This document shows, one piece after another, positions 34,379 through 45,629 of a stretch of DNA of 64,000 nt (position 1 is its first letter; each line of letters opens with the position of its first letter). The stretch spans positions 2,629,817 to 2,693,816 of the forward strand of contig CAVNZM010000013.1 of assembly GCA_963693365.1 (NCBI GenBank), in the 5' to 3' direction. The stretch is from Amoebidium appalachense. Taxonomy: Eukaryota; Protista; Ichthyosporea. Under the pieces are notes generated by a model. It made no database searches. It worked only from the letters and a program-made list of their open reading frames with translations, and was not told the origin of the DNA. The position numbers were made by a program, and so were the translations under genes.

Positions 34379-37300
34379 CTACATCCAATGAAGGAGCAGA
34401 ACGGCCACGGCAGCAGCCCAAATGAGCGATTTCATTGGCTCATGCTGGCCAATCGCCATTGAGCCTTTCAACTGTCCGCCCACGACCGCCGACACGACGA
34501 CGCTGTCTGAAGCGGCAGCGGATTGGCTGGTTGGTGTTGCCAAGGCAACCGTTGCATTTGGTGTCACAACCAGCACCTGATAGGTGGGTACAACGGTTGA
34601 ATCCGCGTCATTGGTCGGCGATGCAGAGGCCTCTGCGCCATTGGTCGGCGATGCAGATGCACCATTGGTGGGCAATGCTGATGCCGCATTTTGACTGGCT
34701 GCCGGCGTTGGGATTGCGACATCCCCCCTGTCTTGATTGGCTACACTGCTTTGGCTCGGGTTCTGAATGGCCGACGTGGCCACAGCACCAGTTTGACCCG
34801 CCTGCTCCGTACCTGCGGCTGTGTTGGTTGGCGTTGGCTGGACAGTGGCAGAAATCTGCGAGCCGGAAGACGGGGAGCCAGCCGTGACAGCACCGGAAGA
34901 AGAAGCAGAATTCGTGGGTTTGGTGGTGTTTGTGTTGTTGCGCTTTGGAGGGAGCACACACAGGAGTTCCCCACCTTCGGCCTGTCGGCGGCGGCGGCAA
35001 AGCGGGCTGTTGGGGTTAAGGCCGTTGCTAGGCAGCATGCCGATCCCATTGGTTGCCGTGCCGTTGGAAGCCGTGCCGTTGGTCGAGGTTTGATTCCCTT
35101 TGACGCCATTGGCTGAGGCAGCACCGGTGGTGGTGGTGCCATTGGTCGCCGTCTTGTTTCCTGTGTTTCCATTGGCTGAACCAGCATTCACCGTACCGTT
35201 TGCTGCAGTTCCATTGGTTGCCGTGCCGTGTGCTGCAGTTCCATTGGTTGCCGTGCCGTGTGCTGCGGTTCCATTAGTTGCCGTGCCGTTGCCAGCCCCA
35301 CCCGTTGCACCTGGGAAGGTGCCAGGCACTTGGGTGGTGTCTGGGGGGAGATCACCCGAGAGCGTCTCCGTGGTGGTGGAATCCGCAACACCCGTTGGGG
35401 CTGCCGCACCGGCTGCCTGTGTTGTCGCCGTAGCATCAACCGGATTGGCTGCCTGGGTAGCGCCCGCCGCACCACCATTGGCCGATTGGCTAACAGGAGA
35501 CCCTATTGCTGGGGTAGGTGCAATCGATCCATCGGCCATGGTTGAGGGGGTGGTGGCGGCACCACCGGCAGCCTGTGTGGCTGGGATGGCCTGGTCTCCT
35601 CCTGCTGCCTGTGTGGCACCCTGGGCACCGGGTGTTGCTGCAGCGCCAGCGGCCTGGGTGACGCCCTGGGCACCGGGTGTGGCTGCCGCGCTGGCTGGCT
35701 GGGTCGTCTTGTTTCCTGTGTTTCCATTGGCTGAACCAGCATTCATCGTACCGTTTGCTGCAGTTCCATTGATTGCCGTTGCCGTGCCGTGTGCTGCAGT
35801 TCCATTGGTTGCCGTGCCGTGTGCTGCGGTTCCATTAGTTGCCGTGCCGTTGCCAGCCCCACCCGTTGCACCTGGGAAGGTGCCAGGCACTTGGGTGGAA
35901 TCCGCAACACCCGTTGGGGCTGCCGCAGTACCTGCGGCTGCGTTGGTTGGCGTTGGCTGGACAGTGGCAGAAACCTGCGAGCCGGAAGACGGGGAGCCAG
36001 CCGTGACAGCACCGGAAGAAGAAGCAGAATTCGTGGGTTTGGTGGTGTTTGTGTTGTTGCGCTTTGGAGGGAGCACACACAAGAGTTCCCCACCTTCGGC
36101 CTGTCGGCGGCGGCGGCAAAGCGGGCTGTTGGGGTTAAGGCCGTTGCTAGGCATCAGGCCGATCCCATTGGTTGCCGTGCCGTTGGAAGCCGTGCCATTG
36201 GTCCAGGTGTGATTCCCTTTGACGCCATTGGCTGAGGCAGCACCGGTGGTGGTGGTGCCATTGGTCGCCGTCTTGTTTCCTGTGTTTCCATTGGCTGAAC
36301 CAGCATTCACCGTACCGATTGCTGCAGTTCCATTGGTTGCCGTGCCGTGTGCTGCAGTTCCATTTCCATTGGTTGCCGTGCCGTGTGCTGCAGTTCCATT
36401 GGTTGCCGTGCCGTGTGCTGCGGTTCCATTAGTTGCCGTGCCGTTGCCAGCCCCACCCGTTGCACCTGGGAAGGTGCCAGGCACTTGGGTGGTGTCGGGG
36501 GGGAGATCACCCGAGAGCGTCTCCGTGGTGGTGGAATCCGCAACACCCGTTGGGGCTGCCGCGCCGGCTGCCTGTGTTGTCGCAGCGGCTGGCTTGGTGG
36601 CCCCGGCGGTGGGAGCAGCCCCGGCAGGAAGGATGGAACCTGCACCATCTGCGGCCTGGGTGGCAGCAGATGCTGTGGGTACGGGATCCACTCCTTTGTT
36701 GGCTGCAGCGGCACCGCTGGCTGGTTGTGTCGCCGGTCCGGTAGCGACAACACCCGCAGATGGGGTGGCCCCACCTGCAGCAGCTTGAGTGGCCCCAGTG
36801 CTGCTATTCGTCGATGGACTAGCGGGAGATCCAATTGCTGGGGTAGGTGCGATCGATCCATCGGCCATGGTTGAAGGGGTGTTGGCGGCACCACCGGCAG
36901 CCTGTGTGGCTGGGATGGCCTGGTCTCCTCCTGCTGCCTGTGTTGCCTTCACAGCACCTGGTGTTGCAGCAGCGCCGGAGGCCTGAGTGGCGGCCTGGGC
37001 ACCGGGTGTGGCAGCTGCACCGGCTGGCTGGGTGGATGGCACGGCACCGCCAGCGAGTTGTGTTGCACCTGCAGGCGTGGGGGTAGCACCAACACCTGCA
37101 GCAGGGGTGGCCCCACTTGCGGCCTGGGTGGCACCGTTGGCCCCCGGGGTTGCAGCAGCACCAGCGGCGGCGGATTGGGTGGCACCGGCTGTCACGGCAG
37201 GGGCGGAACCGGCAGCTTGTGTTGCCGGTGCAGCGCCGCTGGCTGGCTGGGTGGCAGGGGTAGGCTGGGTGCTTCCGTTAGCACCAGCAGCACCGGCGGC

Positions 37301-40300
37301 TTGGTTGGATGGGCTAGCAGCCCCAGCCGCCTGTGTAGCACCAGGGGCAATAGCACCAGGGGTAGCACCGGCAGTGACGCCGGCAACTTGGGTGGCGGGT
37401 ACAACGGAGCCGTCCGCTAGGGTAACTGAAGCCCCAGGGGTTGCAGCCGCGCCGGCGGCAGCAGTGGCAGGGGTGATGGCGGCACCAGCGGGCTGTGTAG
37501 CACCAGAAGCACTGGAGGGCGCATCAGGGCCAGCTGCCTGTGTTGCTGCTGATGCACCCGCACCCTGGGCCGGGGTGGCTCCTGCGGCAGCGGTGGCCTG
37601 GGCCCCATCGGCTGCAGGTGGCTGGGCAGCCCCGGCAGCTTGTGTGCCCGCGGCAGCACCAGCGGCTTGGGTGGCAACCTCGGCACCGGGAGTGGCTGCG
37701 GCGCCGGCCGGCTGGGTGGCAGGTGTGGGTAGAATGTTGCCGTTAGCATCAGTGGCAGCGGTAGGCTGGGTGGCCCCGGAGGCTGGGGATGCGCCCGCAG
37801 CCTGTGTGGAGGGGGTGTTGCCATTAGCGCCAGCGCCAGCGGCCTGGCCGGCAGCCGCTGCTTGCGTGGCTCCCGGGACGGCACCGGCTGGCTGGGTGGT
37901 CGCAACGGCCAATAAATTCCCAGCATTAGAGGTTGGTGTTGCGGATGCAGCCGAACCATTGGCTGAAGCACCAGCCGCGGTGCCGTTGGCGCCAGCGGAT
38001 TGGCCGGTGGTGTTGTTGCCTGCGGGCCTCGTGCCGTTAACCTCAACACGTGGCAGGGTGGTACCATTGCCGGCTAGGCCAGCGCCCAGAGCAACGCCAT
38101 TGGCTGCACCGGCCGTTGCATCAGGGGGGAGATCCCCCGTAAGGGTTTCTGTGCTGGCCTGGTCACCGGTAGCCATCGGTGCGGTGCTACCAACAGCACC
38201 GTCTGCGGGTTTACCTGTGCTAGCGCCGGCAGGGGCGGTGCCGTTGCTACCGCTTGCACCTGCAGCGGGTGCTTTGTCGCTAGTGCCGCTAGTTGTGGCT
38301 GCACCGGAGCCGGTACCAGCGCCAGCCTGGCCGGTGCCGTTGCCTGACCCCGTGGGGTTGGTGGAGGTGCCGTTAGCGCCAGAACCAGCATTGCCATTGG
38401 TCGAGCCAGCAGGGGCATTGCCATTGGTGGATCCAGAAGCGCCAGTAGCCGCGGGCGAGCTGCCATTGGTCGAGCCAGCAGGGGCATTGCCATTGGTCGA
38501 GCCAGCGGGGGTAGACGTACCATTGCCATTTGTTGCAGATGCACCAGAGCCAGTGCCGGCGGCAGGTTTGCCGGAAGATGTGCCGTTGCCGGAGCCAGCA
38601 GGGGCATTGCCATTGGTCGAGCCAGAAGCGCCAGTAGCCGCGGGCGAGCCTCCATTGGTCGAGCCTACAGGGGTGTTGCCATTGGTCGAGCCAGCAGGGG
38701 CATTGCCATTGGTCGAGCCAGCGGGAGTAGACGTACCATTGCCATTTGTTGCAGATGCACCAGAGCCAGTGCCGGCGGCAGGTTTGCCGGAAGATGTGCC
38801 GTTGCCGGAGCCAGCAGGGGCATTGCCATTGGTCGAGCCAACAGGGGCATTGCCATTGGTCGAGCCAGCAGGGGCATTGCCATTGGTCGAGCCAGCAGGG
38901 GCATTGCCTGTGCCATTAGCACCACCAGCTGTGGTGATGCCTCCCTGAGCATTGCCATTGGTGGATCCGGTAGCAGTCGAGTCAGCAGGGGCATTGCCAT
39001 TTGTCGAGCCAGCAGGGGCAGCCGTACCATTGCCATCTGTTGCAGATGCACCAGAGCCATTGCCGGTGCCAGGCTTGCCGGAAGATGTGCCGTTGCCGGA
39101 GCCAGCAGGGGCATTGCCATTGGTTGAGCCAGGAGGGGAGTTGCCATTGGTCGACGAGCCAGCCGGGGCATTGCCATTGGTCGAGCCAGCAGGGGCATTG
39201 CCTGTGCCATTAGCACCACCAGCTGTGGTGATGCCTCCCTGAGCATTGCCATTGGTGGATCCGGTAGCAGTCGAGTCAGCAGGGGCATTGCCATTTGTCG
39301 AGCCAGCAGGGGCAGCCGTACCATTGCCATCTGTTGCAGATGCACCAGAGCCAGTGCCGGTGCCAGGCTTGCCGGAAGATGTGCCGTTGCCGGAGCCAGC
39401 AGGGGCATTGCCATTGGTTGAGCCAGCAGGGTAGTTGCCATTGGTCGACGAGCCAGCCGGGGCATTGCCATTGGTCGAACCAGCAGGGGCGTTGCCGTTT
39501 GTGACAGATTGGCCTGCACCTGCACTGGTGCTGGCGGTGGCCTGGTTGGGGCCAGTTCCACTACCGGTGCTGGCAGTACCACTTGCAGGAGAAATACCGT
39601 TTGCACCGTTGGCTCCATTGGTCGTGCCCGTGCCCGAACCATTGCCTGAATCCGCTGCAGCCTGGCCCTGATTTGCCGCACCACCATTGGCTGCCGTGGG
39701 GCTTTTGCCATTTGCACCGCCCGTAGCCCCGGTGGCCCCATTGGCTGTGCCGGCACCAGCGGCCGTGCCTGATTGGTTGGTTGCCGTGCCGTTTGCTGGC
39801 TTGCTGCCGTTGGTGCCTGTAGTGCCGCTGCCGCTGCCTGCCTGGCCTGAACCTGTGCCGGTGGTAGGCCCTTGGGCACCAGCCGCCGAACCTGAACCAG
39901 TAGCACCAACAGTTGCGGTAGTTCCGTTAGCACCACCGTGTGCGCCGGCAGCGTGTGAGCCGTTGTTATGGCCAGCTGCACCGGCGGTACCATTGACGGC
40001 AGCACCGGAAGGTTTAGTGCTGGTACCGGACGCTCCATTTGTACCCGTGCCGTTGTGTGCTCCGTTGGTCCCTGAAGATGTGCCGGAGGGGCTCGTAGAC
40101 CCACCGCTGCTCGCTGTACTGCTGGTTGCTTCAGCTGGCTTGGTGGATGACGGTGCAGCCCCGTTGCCAGAGGCACCACCGTTCGTTGTGTTGCCGGCGG
40201 AAGCACCATTTGCGTCAGCGGCCCCGGTAGCAGAGCCTGCCGTGGGTGCCGTGACGTTGGTGCCCGCTTCGGCTGCAGTGCCCGTTGTTGAGCCTCCTGG

Positions 40301-43300
40301 CTGTGAACCTGACATAGACCCAGTGGGGGCATTTCCGTTCGCTCCGTTGCCCGTTGCACCGTTTGCTGGCGTGCCTGAAGACCCATTTGTGGTATTGCCG
40401 GCAGCAGCCCCAGAGGTGGCACCAGTTTGGCCAGCAGCGGGCTTAGCACCATTGCTGTTAGTGCCGGCCGCAGCAGGGGAACCGTTCGCGCCGGCTTGGG
40501 CTGTACCGTTGTTGGTGGTTGCACCGGGCTTACTCCCCTGGGTGTTGCCGTTTGCTGGCTTGGCCCCGGTAGCTGAGCCAGCAGCGGTGGTGGATGTGCC
40601 ATTGGTCGAGCCAGGAGGGGCATTGCCATTGGTCGAACCAGCAGGGGCATTGCCATTGGTCGAGCCGGCAGGGGCATTGCCATTGGTCGAGCCGGCAGGG
40701 GCATTGCCATTGGTCGAGCCAGCAGGGGCATTGCCATTGGTCGAACCAGCAGGGGCAGAGCCGGCAGGTTCATTGCCATTGGTCGAGCCGGCAGGGGCAT
40801 TGCCATTAGTCGAGCCAGCAGGGGCATTGCCATTGGTCGAGCCAGCAGGGGCATTGCCATTGGTGGAGCCGGCAGGTTCATTGCCATTGGTCGAGCCGGC
40901 AGGTTCATTACCACTGGTGGAGCCAGCAGGGGTGCTGGATGTGCCATTGGTCGAGCCGGCAGGGGCATTGCCATTGGTGGGGCCAGTAGGGGCTTTGCCA
41001 TTGGCGGAGCCCGCATGGGCATTGCCATTGGTGGAGCCAGCAGGGGCATTGCCATTGGTGGAGCCAGCAGGGGTGGTGGATGTGCCATTGGTCGAGCCAG
41101 TAGGGGCATTGCCATTGGTCGAGCCGGCAGGGGCATTGCCATTGGTGGAGCCAGCAGGGGCATTGCCATTGGTCGAGCCAACTGGGGAATTGCCATTGGT
41201 GGAGCCAGTAGGGGCATTGCCATTGGTCGAGCCAGCAGAGGCATTGCCATTGGTCCCGGTAGCTGCTGCAGGTGGTGTGCCGTTGCTGCCGGCTGCTCCG
41301 GCTGGCTGTGCGGCACCACCAGCACCAGTTGCTGCACCATTAGCGTCCGCGTCAGTAGCCCCGCCGGTGCTGGTTTGCTGGCCGGGGGCATTGCTGTTGG
41401 CGGCGCCCGCCGGCGTACTCCCATTGGTTGCAGCCCCGTTCCCATTGTTTCCATTGGTGCCGGCTGCGGCCTGGCCCTGATTTGCCGCACCGCCATTGGT
41501 GCCGTTTGCACCGCCCGTAACCCCGGTGGCTCCATTGGCTGCGCCGGCACCAGCGGCCGTGCCTGATTGGTTGGTTGCCGTGCCGTTTGCTAACTTGCTG
41601 CCGATGGCGCCTGCAGTGCCGCTGCCTGCCTGGCCTGCACCTGTGCCGATGGTACTTCCCGCTGCACCCGAACCTGCCGTCCCTGCCGTCCCATTGGCCA
41701 ATCCCTTATCTGTTGCTGCAACCCCATTGGCTCCAACGGCATCGCTGCCAGCATCCGCGGCTGCGGCTCCGGCTTCGGCCACGGTTGGTTTGGGTGCCGG
41801 GGCTGGCGGGGGTGGAGGTGGAAGAATCGGTTTGAAATTTGACAGGGGGGCTTGGGTTCCGGTCACAGTGAGGGGAAGCTCGAGTGGGTAAAGACCCCCA
41901 AGATGGAAATTCACACCGCTACCGATTAGGGATTCGAGCGTGGACCGCCTGCGACGGCCCGACGCAGATTTCATGCGGTTGTCAGTGTAATCGACCAATA
42001 CGGTTACGTTGAGATTAACCTTATTTGTCGTTTTGACGTTGTTGTCGGGGATGCACCCGAGAGACGCATTCACGGGGATGCCCAACCGCAAAACGAGATT
42101 ACCGGACGATCGCACGAGCGTTTGCGTAACCCCAAACGGGTTTTCCAAATATAGACCGTACCGTTCGCACGTGGAATTTAAGACCGTGCGCGTAATTGCG
42201 ACCGCCCGCACCGTGTTGACTTGAATTTTGGGGTCTGTGGGGTTTATGGGGATGGTGAAGTAGGCCGTGTCACCTAGGTTGTAGTCGGTGTTTGGGCGGG
42301 GGGCTTTATAAGAGTTGTCTGTATCGGCCCGGATTGAACCCTCAACAAACTCGGTCACATCTGGCGGAGGTGTGTTGCAGAAATCGGGTGCCTGTTGGGT
42401 GGTGGGAGGGGTTGTGGTTGATAAGATTTATGTTTTCTTTCTTTCTTTCTTTTTTTATTTTTTTTTTTTTTGGGGGGGGGGGGGTTGAATGCGTCAAAAA
42501 GTACGAAGTACACAAGAACAAACGGATAACACGATGCAGAATGCAAGCCATACATAAAGAGTATGCATAATAAGCAGAGCCCATCCTCAAGGGGGGCCCA
42601 CGTCATCCACAGTACCCGAGTTTCGACCTAGTCCCCTTGTTAACGAAACCCAACTCAGATACTGTTTCACTTGAACATGAGTAGGTCACCCGTCTTGATC
42701 AGAGACGAGCAGGGTTGCTTATGCAGGCAAGGGCAGTGGGAAAGGCCGGGGGTTAAAGTAGCAGCAGTAAGCAGGGGGGGGGGGGGGGGCTCCGGGAGGG
42801 GGGACGAAGGCCTACTAGTATGGGGCATGGCTGGGGTTATGGGATGGGGTTTTATCATGCATTTGAAGGAGTGAGAAGTGGGGTCTAACGGGAGATTTAC
42901 CCGAACAGCAACAACCAAAGTAGCAGGCGTGGTGTCGGTCTTTGCGCACGTGGCGTTGGAGGCAAAAGCATCCTGCGAGCACGTGAGGGGGATACTCTGC
43001 AGGCGGTATGTGCCGGAAATATCGCACGAGGTGGCGACGAATCGCATTTGAGCTACACACGTTTTACCGTCCTCGCACTGTTTACCCTTTGCGGAATTGT
43101 CCTGAATCCACGCGGAAACCTTTGCGCCGCTGGCCTCTGCGTCCTGATTATAAAGCTGGAAGCTGATTGGACCCTGAGTTTTAACGGGAAGTTTAAACGG
43201 TGCAGGGAGAGAGATCGTAGCGATTATGTTTGATTTGGTGACGCCGTCAATCGTGTTGATCCCAACTTCGGTAACGGCCCCCGAGATCACGCGGTATGGG

Positions 43301-45629
43301 GGGAGTGGGGCCACGGAGGTGGTGAGGAGGCCATCAGTGGTGACGACCATGGCCACCCTTGTCCTGCCTAATATGGGGTGTGAGTTTCCATTTATGGCAG
43401 TGTAAGCCATGCATTCCCATTGGTAGTAATGTGCAGCATACAATGTGTGCGCCAGACGGTCCATAAAACTAAAGGGACTTCAAATATTAAAACACACTAG
43501 CAGGACTGGTCTCTTCTTCTGCCCCCGGCCTCCCTCCCTCCCCCCCCCCCCAAAAAAAAAATCAAACATGCACACTTCTGCGCTCATACCTACCCAGTTG
43601 CCTGTCCCATTGGAATCCCCCTCCCCTCCTGCTCCCCCCCAACACACACACACCACTACCACGCCTACCACACCTACCTCCCCCCACCCCCCCACCCCAC
43701 CCCCCCCCCCCCCCCCCCAAAAAAAACACGACTACCACGCCTACCTTCCCCCCTCCCCCCATAGATAAAACACACACCACCTACACGCATTCACCTACCA
43801 ACTAGTGTTCTGTCAATCGGTTTTTCCAGAAGCTGGCCCGGTGCCGATTGAGTGACCACCTCGCTCACAGACACAATCACAGGTGCCTCGTAAATGGAAT
43901 AGTCCTTCCCCTCTGTTGCTGTCACGTTGACAGCACACCGTTTGAGCTCTGAAAGTGGCAGTGTCGCGTGGACCTCCCCCGTACATGTTGCGGTGAGGAT
44001 GTTCAGGGTAACGTCTTTGATGGGTGTGTTGGTGGCTTGGAGGGAGCAGCTTCCAAGGGTCAGGTCCTGCGTCATGGAATGGCTGTCTTTAACTTCGGCT
44101 GTCCTGGCCTGAGTGTAGTTATTCTTGAAACTAAGGTGTTGCTTTTCTTATGATACTATTAAACTCTTAAATTAACACCATTACATATACCGAACGAATT
44201 TTCTTTCTTTGAACTGGGAGCGAGGAGGGGAGAGAGGAGGCACCAATATTTCCCCCCCAAAAAGGGCTGTCTTTTAATGAGGGTTCCCTTTCGCGAAAGT
44301 AGCGCCCTCCCCCCCCCCCCCCCCCCCGCGCTTCATTGAAAATCCCCACCGGGAACATTTTAAAGGAGAAAACAAGAGAGACGTGCAGTCCAGACAAGAG
44401 TTCATACCTGAAGCTTTCGTCGGTTGAACCAAAGGCCAGTGTCAATCGTAACGATCAGGTTCTCGCCATCAATCTGTGAACCAGCACGTAGATGAATGTG
44501 TGTGTGAGTGTGTGAGTGTGTGAGTGTGAGTGTGAGTGTGAGTGCCCGCGCGCGTGTGCGTGTGTGTGTGTCCAGTGGGTGGTGAAAGTACGAAAGTGTG
44601 CAAGTGCTTGCTTGTGGTGATTCCACCTCACATTTTGCGTATTTTTTCTACCCTTTTATTCTCCGTTTTTTTTCTTTTCTTTTCAATTTCTTTTCATTTT
44701 CTTTTATCTTCTTTTTTTTCTTTTCTTTTCTTTCTTTTTGTGGGGGGGGGTGGGTGGGTGGGGGAATGGAGGGAGGGAGGGAGACTTGCTTTTTGTGAAA
44801 GTTCAAGTCTTCCTATCAAAAATTTGTGGTACAGTGTGCCCGTGTGCGCACGGCTGCGCGTATGTGTGTCTGTGTGTGTGCCTGTGTGTGCTGTGTTGAT
44901 AGCTGGGTTTAAGGGGTGTGGGTGTGTGCCTGTGGGCGTGTCTGTGCTGTGTGTGTGTGTGCGCACAAGTGTGTGAGTGCATGCGTCTTGCGTCTCTGTG
45001 CGTGCATGTGTGTGAGTGCATGTGTGTGAGTGCATGTGTGTGAGTGCTTGTGAATGCATGTGAGCGAGTGTCTATGCGCATCTATGCGTATGTGCCTGTA
45101 TGTGTATATGCTTTCATGCCCTTGCATATGTGACTGTGTCACGTGGTCGGTCATGGAGGCGCATGTAAGTTTTGGGATGGGAGAACTTGTGAATGAACAG
45201 AACAGCACATACCCTTGCACTCGACACAGCTATCTCTATCTCCTCCAGAGTTATGGACAAGGGTTCACCAAGCACACACGCCTTCCTCCTGTCGCTGTTC
45301 TCAACCCGGAAACGTTCAAAAACAACATTTTTCCAGTCTTGCACAGTGAAAAGCACAGGGGTTATGATTGCAGATGCGTTGATTATGGACGGGCCACCCT
45401 TTCCCTGTATGTTTAGCGCCTTATCTATTTGTACAGTTTCCGTGACCGGAAAACTTCCCTCGGGGAGAGAAACTATGTCTGCAGGAGAAGCATTTTGCAC
45501 AACCTCGTTGAGGGAGTTAAGGACTTGTGGGGTGACTTCGAGCGTCGCCGAAAGAATGGGCGAGATTGTTGCTAGGAGGCAAAGGAGGGGAGCAAAAATA
45601 CCACCCCGTGCAGGCGCGCGGCCCGCCAT
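34379..45629 (-). CDS. Giant (~3090 aa) secreted mucin-like surface/cell-wall glycoprotein with putative GPI signal. Exons 45629-45213, 44473-44408, 44108-43799, 43367-42901, 42391-34379
   Basis: N-terminal signal peptide (GIFAPLLCLLATISPILSA); Cys-containing beta-rich domains; RRRRS site; >2400 aa of G/A/T/N/S/P repeats (GSTNGNAPA, ATQAAG, NGTAAHGTAT); hydrophobic C-terminus LIWAAAVAVLLLHWM. GT-AG introns join in phase. Confidence 0.88.
42485..42773 (-). mobile_element. Young long copy of the poly(C)-tailed SINE-like repeat in intron 4 of the mucin-like gene
   Basis: Near-identical reverse complement of 13851-14140, bounded by G runs on both sides. Confidence 0.85.

Noticed and set aside
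34435-41891. Long plus-strand and alternative-frame ORFs (e.g. 653, 597, 961 aa)
   Set aside because: Shadow frames of the GC-rich repetitive mucin exon.
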